A DNA stretch of 64,000 nt from a virus. The number at the start of each line of letters is the position of its first letter. The first letter of the stretch is position 1. The translations under genes and the position numbers were made by a program. This document shows positions 39,690 through 48,728 of this stretch, piece by piece. The stretch lies in IMG/VR virus record IMGVR_UViG_3300000976_000010; one strand, 5' to 3'. The notes beneath the pieces were generated by a model. That model searched no databases, was not told where the DNA came from, and worked only from the letters and a program-made list of their open reading frames with translations.

Positions 39690-39720
39690 TTTGAATTTTC
39701 GCTTAATTGTTTTATATTTA
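39690..39720 (+). promoter_or_regulatory. Bacteroidota sigma-type promoter
   Basis: TTTG-N19-TATATTTA upstream of 39754. Confidence 0.55.
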
Positions 39721-39753
39721 AACATTATTTAAAATAAAATAAAATAAAACGAA

Positions 39754-40077
39754 ATGAAGAAATTGTATACAATAGCGGACATGCTCATGGCCTTTGATGC
39801 AGGGAATAGAACCTTGGACTGTTCGGGTGAAGATTTAAAGGTTGTATTTGAAATGTGGCACAATGATAATTACCAATTGCACCACCAATTAATTAGTAAA
39901 GCCTTGGAAGATTGTGTGCTAGTACGAGTTCAGGACATATTGAATACTTGTGGTTGGTCGGAATTTTGTGATTGTACTGATAATGATTATAGGGCTTTGG
40001 AAAAGGGTGTTTACTGTAAATCGTCTACAATAGCCATGAGTCTTTCTTCTGCTAAATCATTGGGTATTATAAAATAG
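39754..40077 (+). CDS. Hypothetical protein
   Basis: 107-aa ORF. Confidence 0.65.
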   Translation: MKKLYTIADMLMAFDAGNRTLDCSGEDLKVVFEMWHNDNYQLHHQLISKALEDCVLVRVQDILNTCGWSEFCDCTDNDYRALEKGVYCKSSTIAMSLSSAKSLGIIK

Positions 40078-40109
40078 AAAAGGGACACTCCCTTTTGGAG
40101 TATCCCTTT
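40078..40109. terminator. Bidirectional terminator between convergent genes
   Basis: aaaagggacactcc-cttt(t)-ggagtatcccttt. Confidence 0.75.
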
Positions 40110-40130
40110 AATTGGTTTAAAAATAAACCA

Positions 40131-42032
40131 TTACGACCACAAGCCCGTTGCTGTTTCAGCAATGAATGTCAAGTAGTTAATTTCAGGGTGATGTCCTGCC
40201 GCAAGTAAAAGATAAGATGTAGAAACCAAAGCTTTTTTAGACATAGACTGACCTTCAATAGTTTGAACATCTGAGAGTAAATCATAGATGAAACACTTTA
40301 AGCCACTATCCATTTCTTCGCCTCTTCGACCCACCAAAATTCGGTTATCAGTTAAGTCCATTCTAGGATCAACATACATATCCATACCCTCAACTTGTCC
40401 AAAGTAAGTTAATACATCAGAACCACTCATTAGTGTTTGGTCATGAGGACTTGAAGTGTAATTGCGAGAGTCTACCAATGCTGATTGTAAACCCGTTCCA
40501 CAAACAACAAAGTCTGCTTTAGTGGTTCGGTTTAACTTTCCAATTAGTGACGATGCAAGACCGACACGACCCTTTACCATACGAACAATATCCAATTGTC
40601 CATCGGCATTGTTATTTTCACGGAAGTTTGGAATTACACCAAAGTCAGCACTAACATCAGTACCATCTAAAGTCTCAAGCTTAAATGTATTAGTGTCTGA
40701 TATTGCCATATTTGCGATTGAAGCACCTGCAACTAATGGATCATCAACATAAAGGTGTAACGAAATTCCCGTTCCTTCATAAACCTGAACATGATTTGAT
40801 ACGCCCAACTTAAACATAGTGTCTAAGATGTGGTTATTGATTTCCTGCATTAACTGCGTTTTAGCAGCTTCAAGTGCAATCTCAAATGCGTCAAAACCCA
40901 TTGGTCGCAAATCGCGCTCCTGTTTGTTTGTTACAGCACAAAGAATGTCTCTATCTGAAACTTTAGCAGAAGTAGACCAAGTTCGTATTGTAATTGCATT
41001 TTCGGTTCCCAATTCAGAAACCTCCCTTGGCATTGGGGATTCTGTAAACCCATCAGAATTTCCTGCTCCATAAATAGGAGACTGTTTAGTATCCACCAAG
41101 TCAACAGATATGACATCTGCATTTGTTGTGCTAGACCCCAATAAAACAGTCTGTGCGTCTGCAAATGCCAAAACATTGGGTGCGGTTTCATACGTCAACG
41201 CATAACCGTTAGCACCAATAGTAGCCACTTCATTGAGGAACGTTGATATGTATTCTGTAGGAACTGTAGTGTATACACCTGTGGCTGCACCTGTCACTTC
41301 AATATTTTCCAATACCTGAAACTGATAGTCAGCAGTTATGTGATGCTGTCCAACATAGCGTAGCTGAACCCCTTTATTGGCTACCAATTCGTTTGCAGTA
41401 GAGCCGTTACCAACTATGAAGTAAACAGAATTCTTAACCAACTTTACATTTTCCCCTTGAGCAAATGAATTGCCTGCTGTCTGAAAATCGGTTGTATTGG
41501 CATCTAAAGCCTTAAAGAATTTTAGCGGTATTTCAATGTATTGTGGTGACTTTGTTTCATCAGAAACTCTAGTACCGCCATACACGGATTCAACGAATGT
41601 CATCGTTACGATGGGAACTTCTACAGGAATAACAGGCAAAAGCTCAAAGGCGATTGTGGACGCTGCAATGTGCATAGAAGTCATAGTAAGATTCTTCTGA
41701 TAATCTCCACTACCCTTATCCGCGTTATTAGTTGTGCGCGTATTTCCCGTATTTGTTATGTTGGTATTTCGGATAGCCCCCATACCACTTAGGTTTTGCG
41801 GGTTGATGGAGCCATAACCACTTTCCAAAAGAAGGGAGCGTCTATTATCGCGACTTGAAGCCGATTCTCCCAATGCGCCCATCCAAGCTAACTTCCTTTT
41901 GATATTTGGATTTTCAATTTCCATGGTAATATCAAAATTGCTTTCCACTAATTCCTTTAGCGGTTTTTCCCATTTCTTAGTTGCCTTGTTTCGGTCTAAA
42001 AATTGGTACTTGTAATCTCTAGAGATGTTCAT
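40131..42032 (-). CDS. Major capsid protein (T4 gp23-like, HK97 fold) with a large insertion
   Basis: IAFELLPVIPV, TWSTSAKV..QERDL, EINNHIL, YFGQVEGMDMYVDP; downstream of portal and protease. Confidence 0.85.
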   Translation of the reverse strand: MNISRDYKYQFLDRNKATKKWEKPLKELVESNFDITMEIENPNIKRKLAWMGALGESASSRDNRRSLLLESGYGSINPQNLSGMGAIRNTNITNTGNTRTTNNADKGSGDYQKNLTMTSMHIAASTIAFELLPVIPVEVPIVTMTFVESVYGGTRVSDETKSPQYIEIPLKFFKALDANTTDFQTAGNSFAQGENVKLVKNSVYFIVGNGSTANELVANKGVQLRYVGQHHITADYQFQVLENIEVTGAATGVYTTVPTEYISTFLNEVATIGANGYALTYETAPNVLAFADAQTVLLGSSTTNADVISVDLVDTKQSPIYGAGNSDGFTESPMPREVSELGTENAITIRTWSTSAKVSDRDILCAVTNKQERDLRPMGFDAFEIALEAAKTQLMQEINNHILDTMFKLGVSNHVQVYEGTGISLHLYVDDPLVAGASIANMAISDTNTFKLETLDGTDVSADFGVIPNFRENNNADGQLDIVRMVKGRVGLASSLIGKLNRTTKADFVVCGTGLQSALVDSRNYTSSPHDQTLMSGSDVLTYFGQVEGMDMYVDPRMDLTDNRILVGRRGEEMDSGLKCFIYDLLSDVQTIEGQSMSKKALVSTSYLLLAAGHHPEINYLTFIAETATGLWS

Positions 42033-42066
42033 ACGTACATTTTTATTAATAAATAATTATTTAACT

Positions 42067-42076
42067 TATGTACATA
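42067..42076 (-). promoter_or_regulatory. Candidate late promoter of the capsid gene (palindromic TATGTACATA)
   Basis: 34 nt upstream of the capsid ATG, just downstream of a terminator. Confidence 0.55.
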
Positions 42077-42088
42077 GAAAAAATAAAT

Positions 42089-42126
42089 AAAAAAAGTGCC
42101 AAATAAGATTATTTGGCACTTTTTTT
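42089..42126 (-). terminator. Intrinsic terminator after the protease gene
   Basis: aaaaaagtgccaaata-agat-tatttggcacttttttt. Confidence 0.85.
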
Positions 42127-42128
42127 AT

Positions 42129-44135
42129 TTATTTTTGTTTCCTTTTAAGGCTAGGGTCAAGTATGAACTCGGGCGTATCGCCCCTTAAAACCTTTTCCAT
42201 AGGAGTTATAATTCTCTGCTCAAATAAAAACTTTTCCTGTGATTCCCAAAACACCTTCACACTCTTTTCATTGACAAATTCTCTAGCACTCGCCTTTTTC
42301 TCAATCTTTCTCTTATCTTCAATGCTTAGAGATTCCCAAAAGGGCTTATATTCTTTTGGTATTTTTGAAAAAACAGCCGTGGCTTCAAAGCCCTCTGCTG
42401 CCTCTCTACTTTCCTCTAGTGTCATATTATCAACACTTTCTAGCATAGTATCTATATCTTCAATATCTCCAAGTGTAACATCCTTAGTATCCTCTAAACT
42501 CCTATTCTTGGAGTAGCTTTCGCTTAATAATTTTGCTGCTAATACAGATTTTCCGCTTTCGTTTAAAAGTGGTAGAACAGATTCAACTATAAAACCATTC
42601 TTTATCCATGTATTTAGGCTATTAATCTTATCTTCAAATTCTTTTTTTAATTTATCCGATTTTACTAAAATTCCATCGCCATTTAATTGAAGTTTATCAA
42701 TTCTTTCTGCAAGACTTTTTTCGGCTTCGTAAATCTTACAATCGACCTCTGATAGTTCTTTGGAGACACCCCCGATTAGTGTTTTGATATATTTTTTGTT
42801 ATCTAAAAAACAGTCGGAATTTTTATTCTCAAAAATTAACAAAGCATTTTCTATTTTGGATAATTCGGCACTTAATCTTGTCTCTACCGATTTTTTATGC
42901 TCCCTTAGTATCTTATTAACCATCCCTGTAATGTCCGCCTTCACCTTTCTCTCATTAAAATTTGAATTATGAGAAAATTCTTTCTTGTGGGATTCGTGTT
43001 GATTGTGTAACTTTTGATTATTTTTTTTGAATTCTTCAACAATTAATACTGAGTTATCCTTAATGACCTCATCAATTATTGAACCAAGGTAGCTATTGTT
43101 TTCCTTTATACTCCTCGTTGTAAATTCTTCAACGTGATTGGTGTATGAATTCTTTAAAAAGGATTTTACTCCTTCCCCGAATTCATGCAATGTTTCAGCA
43201 ACTCTAAAAAGCACCTTTGATTCTGATTTTGATAACATTTCACGTATCTTTTCAGTAGTACTCTCCAATCGAGCATTTAGGTATTCTTGTCTTTTTTTTG
43301 TTTTTTCTTGGTCTGTATTAGCCCCCCTCTTAATTGCATCTTCCAATTCTTTTTGGTTGGTATCATCTGCTTTAAATTGTGCTATTGATTTAACCATTTC
43401 ATCCATATCCTTGGACATTTTTGAAATAACCTTTTTATTAGAATCCAACTCTTTTTTTAGGTCAGATACGTAACTTTCCATTTCTTGAAAAACAATATTG
43501 TTAGCTTGTGCTGTCTTTGGCTTAGATTCAAAAAGGTATGTTAAATATTTTGACCCCCTATCTTTCCCCTCTGTTATAACTTCACACTTTCTCATAATTG
43601 CTTCTGAGAATCCACCCAAATTAACAATGTCCCAAGTAGCTAAAGTGTCCAATGTGACATGCTTTCGGTCATCAATGGAACCATATCCACGTGATGACAC
43701 GGGCAAATTTCCACCACACTTAACAACCGATTGACACTGCCTGCCATGAAAATTGTCCATTAGAAGAAATTTCCCCCACACATTTCCATTTTCTAACAAT
43801 TTTATTTCAAGGATTCTGTGTGTCATCCTTTCAATATTGACATCCATTCCATCGGGGTGAAATAGTTCCCCAAACAATCCACTATTTATAGACTCTTGCA
43901 TTTGTGAAATATGCCTCTTGTATTCATTGAATGGATATATTCTATCATTTGTATTAAGTATATCTGCAACACCAATAATACCTTCAATTACCATTGTACC
44001 TTCGGGTATGAAAAATTTTTGTCCCTCGTTGATTAAAGTGTAAGCCTTTCCGTTTTCGCTAATCTGAACAGAGTCCGTTTTGCTCTCTCCTAATACCATT
44101 TTTGGGTGCGTTTGGACGATTATCTGCTTGTTCAT
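42129..44135 (-). CDS. Prohead protease (gp21-like) fused to a long coiled-coil scaffold
   Basis: NTNDRIYP, GELFHP (His), PVSSRGYGS (Ser), TWDIV..GGF; the C-terminal ~450 aa are coiled-coil-like. Confidence 0.88.
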   Translation of the reverse strand: MNKQIIVQTHPKMVLGESKTDSVQISENGKAYTLINEGQKFFIPEGTMVIEGIIGVADILNTNDRIYPFNEYKRHISQMQESINSGLFGELFHPDGMDVNIERMTHRILEIKLLENGNVWGKFLLMDNFHGRQCQSVVKCGGNLPVSSRGYGSIDDRKHVTLDTLATWDIVNLGGFSEAIMRKCEVITEGKDRGSKYLTYLFESKPKTAQANNIVFQEMESYVSDLKKELDSNKKVISKMSKDMDEMVKSIAQFKADDTNQKELEDAIKRGANTDQEKTKKRQEYLNARLESTTEKIREMLSKSESKVLFRVAETLHEFGEGVKSFLKNSYTNHVEEFTTRSIKENNSYLGSIIDEVIKDNSVLIVEEFKKNNQKLHNQHESHKKEFSHNSNFNERKVKADITGMVNKILREHKKSVETRLSAELSKIENALLIFENKNSDCFLDNKKYIKTLIGGVSKELSEVDCKIYEAEKSLAERIDKLQLNGDGILVKSDKLKKEFEDKINSLNTWIKNGFIVESVLPLLNESGKSVLAAKLLSESYSKNRSLEDTKDVTLGDIEDIDTMLESVDNMTLEESREAAEGFEATAVFSKIPKEYKPFWESLSIEDKRKIEKKASAREFVNEKSVKVFWESQEKFLFEQRIITPMEKVLRGDTPEFILDPSLKRKQK

Positions 44136-44173
44136 TTATATAGTGTTATTGGTTTCAATATTAAATATTGTTG

Positions 44174-44180
44174 TATGTAC
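44174..44180 (-). promoter_or_regulatory. Candidate late promoter (GTACATA)
   Basis: 38 nt upstream of the protease ATG. Confidence 0.5.
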
Positions 44181-44197
44181 TATTAACTATTGGTATT

Positions 44198-46021
44198 TTA
44201 CCATCTCTTTCCCCCACCTCCATTGTCATTGGTAGAAATTCCATGTTTCTTCTTAAGGTCTTCTATCTTTTTTGTTTCTTTTATAACCCGTTCCAATTCT
44301 TCATATCTAGCATCTGATATTTGATCTAGGTCTTCTTGAGTGTAGCCAAGATATTTTTTAAGAAGTATTGTCCAAGGTATAATTTGAATATCATCCCCAT
44401 TTGCATCTTGCATAACTAAGGAATCTTTTATTTTATCAATATAACTCAGCTTTTCGGTCAACACTGTTAAATCCAATAGCTCTTTGAATTGATTAACACC
44501 ATTCCATTGAATATTTATATTATCAAAAATTGAAACGTCATTATCCAATTCGGGAATTTTTAATCCCAATTCTATGAACAAAGGCTTTAAAAGAACGGGC
44601 GCAAAGGTGTTTTTAATTTTCATACACATGCCTGCAAAAAATACCTCTTCACGTTGAGCACGAGAGGGGTCTAATGCCCATTCACCACCATCAGAGTCGA
44701 ATCTAGACTGAGGCATCTTTGAAGCCCTGTATAGTTTCCCTTTAAAGTAGTCTACAACATCTGTTTTATCCAAAGAAGCACCTCTATCATTTAACACTTC
44801 CACACTAGGCTCTCCATATTCGCCATCAGACACGAAAGTTGTCCTTTCAAATGGAATGTTTGGCGAGTCTTCTATGAATATTTCACCCGTTTCACCTATA
44901 TACTGAATATCGGTGGAATATTCCTCCTTTTCTTGAAGAACCGCAGTTGCGGCATAAGTACCCATCAAACCCTGAGTAGGAACTTTATGTAGTGTTCTGT
45001 ATGAGGAGTTTGTAACATACCAAACTAGCATTGTCTCCTCCATTATACGAAGTACATTCGCTGACTTCATTAAGCCGTGGACATAACTAACATGCCCATT
45101 AACACTATCTTCGCTCCAATCTATATAATTTACTTGCCAATCATATAAAATTCTAAAACCGTTATTGTAGTTTTTGTTTTTTAATAAATCCTTATTGTAG
45201 CTACTTACTGTCCTAGCATAAGAAGAGTCTAAATTGAATTGATACTTCCATTTTATTGCCCCATTGTCATAAAACTTGGTTAAATTATTTGCATCAATTT
45301 CAACACATGTAATTAATTGGGTTGGTTTATCAGGATTGTCATAGACAATCTCATACGCCTTTTTTCCATCAATCAAAAAATTGTGCATTGCATTATTAGC
45401 ACCGTTCAATTTAAAGCCCAATTCTCTATATATTTTGGGGTGAAAGTCCGTTGCTATTTCTTCTATTTTATCAATGTACTCTTTTTTAATGCCTAATTGT
45501 TCTAGTGCTAATCTATCTATTTTGTAGTTAAAAAAGTGTTTTTCTTTGTTAGTTGGTAGCGTGAGTTCTGTAGTAAGCTTTGATAGTATCTCATCCACCT
45601 CATCCAATGAGGCTATCCTTCTAAGACGTTTTTGTTGTTGGATAGCATTAGTGCTTCCAAACCCGAGACCGTTTTTTGTAGAACCTAGTTTACTATTATA
45701 GTTAGAGAGCATACTATAATAGTTCCGCACGAAATCTTGTTTTTTGGGCATAGTCTCCATCTTGGTTAGAGTATCTACGCTTAATGCCTGTGTACCACTG
45801 TTATATTGAGATAGTCGCTGTAGTGTGGCTTGATGCTTTCCTAAATTGTTTCGTATACGATCAAAGTTGTTAGTTGACCCTTTTATATTTCCGCTATTAC
45901 TGAAATTGCTATTAGTTCCACTTAATGAAACTTTAACATTCACGTTTTTACTCCCCTTGCTTTCTGATATTCTGTCTGAAAGGTTGGGATTTGGATTACG
46001 AGGCTTTAAAAAACCGAACAT
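44198..46021 (-). CDS. Portal protein (T4 gp20-like)
   Basis: FLIDGKKAY, SYVHGLMKSANVLRIMEE..V.Y, YFKGKLYRASKMP.SRF, REEVFF. Confidence 0.92.
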   Translation of the reverse strand: MFGFLKPRNPNPNLSDRISESKGSKNVNVKVSLSGTNSNFSNSGNIKGSTNNFDRIRNNLGKHQATLQRLSQYNSGTQALSVDTLTKMETMPKKQDFVRNYYSMLSNYNSKLGSTKNGLGFGSTNAIQQQKRLRRIASLDEVDEILSKLTTELTLPTNKEKHFFNYKIDRLALEQLGIKKEYIDKIEEIATDFHPKIYRELGFKLNGANNAMHNFLIDGKKAYEIVYDNPDKPTQLITCVEIDANNLTKFYDNGAIKWKYQFNLDSSYARTVSSYNKDLLKNKNYNNGFRILYDWQVNYIDWSEDSVNGHVSYVHGLMKSANVLRIMEETMLVWYVTNSSYRTLHKVPTQGLMGTYAATAVLQEKEEYSTDIQYIGETGEIFIEDSPNIPFERTTFVSDGEYGEPSVEVLNDRGASLDKTDVVDYFKGKLYRASKMPQSRFDSDGGEWALDPSRAQREEVFFAGMCMKIKNTFAPVLLKPLFIELGLKIPELDNDVSIFDNINIQWNGVNQFKELLDLTVLTEKLSYIDKIKDSLVMQDANGDDIQIIPWTILLKKYLGYTQEDLDQISDARYEELERVIKETKKIEDLKKKHGISTNDNGGGGKRW

Positions 46022-46048
46022 ACGTTTTTATATTAATTATTGGAATGT

Positions 46049-46708
46049 TTAGCGTTTTTTATTTTTCATAAAGGCTTTGTATTCCTTTTCTAATTTAACC
46101 AAATTGGTCTTTCTGTAACGCCTACTTGGTATATGTACCGCTTTTACCCAATCCGCTGTGTCAAATTCAATTGCTTTATCAATTCTAGAAGGGGCATACA
46201 TGCGAATGCCAAAATCACCCCCATATTTACCTATTTTATTTTCCAAAGCCTTTATCGAAAATTGGAATGTCGGCTGCTTTTCTTTTTCATTAAGACCCCT
46301 CTTAAATGTACTTTTATGCGAGTCCCATATATCCGCAAAAAGTCTAACTCTAACTAAGGGTGGTAAAAGGTGGAAGTTTATACCTAGAACACGCCTCTCT
46401 CCTTTAATAGTAACAAATGAAGAAGACATTAACACTAGTGGTTCAGCATCCCACCAAGGAAGCGTTTTTTCGTGCAGTGGCTTCTCGTATTTAAACCAAT
46501 ACAAACGCCCTCCCTTTGGCTCTTTTTTTCCGTATATATATTTTTTATTCTTCTTTATTTCTCTAAACCAACGCAATGCTTCTGTTGCCTTGTTTGGTGC
46601 TGAGTCAAATGCCTTTTCAGCCTCTTCTAAGAAGTCGTATTTGTTCTGCTGTTTTAAATTGCTAAAGAAACCCTTTAATTTAGCAATTGAGTTGTCTATG
46701 AGTCCCAT
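46049..46708 (-). CDS. DNA end protector protein (T4 gp2-like)
   Basis: GRLYWFKY..LHEKTLPWWDAEPLV..GINFHLLPP..R. Confidence 0.85.
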   Translation of the reverse strand: MGLIDNSIAKLKGFFSNLKQQNKYDFLEEAEKAFDSAPNKATEALRWFREIKKNKKYIYGKKEPKGGRLYWFKYEKPLHEKTLPWWDAEPLVLMSSSFVTIKGERRVLGINFHLLPPLVRVRLFADIWDSHKSTFKRGLNEKEKQPTFQFSIKALENKIGKYGGDFGIRMYAPSRIDKAIEFDTADWVKAVHIPSRRYRKTNLVKLEKEYKAFMKNKKR

Positions 46709-46751
46709 TTATTTTTAATTATTGGCTTATTTTTTTTTATTTGAAAGCTAT

Positions 46752-47975
46752 GTGAACTGTCTACTATTAGTAGACTCAAAGCTTCAATGGGTGTGCTATT
46801 TGTGTAGTCTTACCACCCTCCACTTATGTAATGGCGAGTCCCTCACCATGTATTTTTAAACCTTCATTTAAAATATTCTTTGCTGCGTTTATATCCCTAT
46901 CTAATTGATGGCCGTTTACACAAGTCCATTTTCTGTCTGATAGCTTTAAATCTTTATTTACCCAACCACACTTATGACAAGTTTTGGTTGAGGGATAAAA
47001 TCTTCCAACTTTAATCAAATCTCTTCCATACCATTTCGATTTATACTCAAGTTGTCTTGTGAACTCCCCCCAACTTGCATCTAATATGTGTGCTGAAAGG
47101 CTATTGCCCTTAAGTAGCCCCTTTATATCCAAGTCTTCGATTGATATTAAGCTATTGCCCTTTACTATTTTACTACTTAATTTGTGCAAATCATCCTTTC
47201 TGCTATTTGAAATATTCTCGTGAATTTTAGTCACTTTGAGTCTTTGGTTTTCATACCCATTGCTCCCTTTGATTTTACGATATAAGTGCCTTTGGGCTTT
47301 TTTTTAATTTGCGTTCTCCACTTTTTCTATACCTTTTATTCTCAAATTTATCACCATCACTTGTAATTACAAGATGTTTTAATCCCAAGTCTAGACCCAC
47401 ACTTTTTTTAATAAATGGCTGAATTTCAATTTCTTGTTTAGTAAGTATAGACACATAATATTTGTTGGTGGGCGTTTTTGAAACTACCATTTTACGCACA
47501 TCTCCGCGTAATTCTTGGTGTTGAATTAGCTTTATGCCTTTTGAAAATTTTGGGATTTTAATTCTGCCATCCCTTATTGCGAATGTTTGTGGTATCGTGA
47601 AGCTATGTCTGTTCCTTTTACATTTTAATTTGGGGTATTCAGCAAGCCCGTTGAAGAATCTCTTGTATGCTTTATCTAATGATATTAGCGCACTTTGCAA
47701 TGATTGAGAATTAACATCTTTTAGCCATGTATTCCTCTTTTTAAGAAGTGTGAGTTTTTTTGATTTTGTACTGAAACTATCACTGTTTTTAGTGGTTTCA
47801 TATTGCCTCTTATGTTCACACAAAAAATGATTATAAACAAATCGAGCACAACCAAAATGTTTTGAAAGTAGAATTTCCTGTTCTTTGGTTGGTAATAGTC
47901 TAAATTTGTAAGTCTTGTGTATAATCATTACCCCATTGATAAACAGACAAGTTATCAAAAACTTGTCTGTTATTT
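46752..47975 (-). mobile_element. IS200/IS605-family TnpB-only (IS1341-type) element
   Basis: Left hairpin AACAGACAAGTT-ATCAAA-AACTTGTCTGTT (47942-47971); right end GAAGC..GTCTACTA-A-TAGTAGAC-AGTTCAC; no tnpA; left boundary approximate. Confidence 0.8.
46824..47928 (-). pseudogene. tnpB: TnpB RNA-guided nuclease with a +1 frameshift in an A8 run
   Basis: HKTYKFRLLPT HTH, GLDLGLK (RuvC I), IEDL (RuvC II), CHKCG..C zinc finger, DRDINAAKNI (RuvC III); removing one A at 47298-47305 restores KKAQRHLYRKIKGSN. Confidence 0.88.
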
Positions 47976-48002
47976 TTTATTACAAAATAATTAAAATGTG
48001 GC

Positions 48003-48704
48003 TTATTCGCCCCTCAAAAGAATTTGCAGGTTTTCTATTTCACCAATCACATCTTTCTTTAACTTGGAAACGCCATATTCAGAGACTTCAATTGAGCTAT
48101 TAGAACATGCTTCAATTAAATCATCTCTCATTTTTCTAAGCTCTTTAAGACGCATTGATTTTAGGGAATCGGTAGAGGCCAAAGCCGTTGATTCCTCTTT
48201 GACGGCATTGTTTTCGGATTCATCTTTATCAAGTGGGACTTCTTCTACTATAGTATCTAGTGTTTCTGCTTGATCCTCAATTGTGGATAAATCTGATTTG
48301 GGGTCTAAAGAACCTTCTTCGGGGATAAAATGATCCTCTTTTGAAAGTGACCCTTCATTGATACTGTCGGGGTTTTGAATTGGGACAATAGGGGCATTTG
48401 CATCATTATCTACCATTTCCAAGGGGATATTGGGTGTAACTTCTACAAACAATTCTCCCGAATTTATGTCGTTCTCTGCAATAACTGCTTTATTAGGGGG
48501 TGTATCATCGACCTTTACATCATGCCTAAAGGAATAGTAGTTACCCCTTACAATCAGTGTGCCGTCCGTGGGCTTGTCACAAACATAAGGAAGGGGGTAT
48601 GATTTTCCATTGTATGAAATAGAATCGCGCCAAACACGGGCATTATATTCTCCATCTTTAAGGGGTGGGCTTATAATGTTTTCACCCAAGTTGCTAACTT
48701 TCAT
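48003..48704 (-). CDS. Hypothetical protein with an acidic linker and C-terminal helical domain
   Basis: 233 aa; D/E/S/P-rich middle, LKSMRLKELRKM tail. Confidence 0.6.
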   Translation of the reverse strand: MKVSNLGENIISPPLKDGEYNARVWRDSISYNGKSYPLPYVCDKPTDGTLIVRGNYYSFRHDVKVDDTPPNKAVIAENDINSGELFVEVTPNIPLEMVDNDANAPIVPIQNPDSINEGSLSKEDHFIPEEGSLDPKSDLSTIEDQAETLDTIVEEVPLDKDESENNAVKEESTALASTDSLKSMRLKELRKMRDDLIEACSNSSIEVSEYGVSKLKKDVIGEIENLQILLRGE

Positions 48705-48728
48705 ATTTATATGAATTTTGTTTATAAA

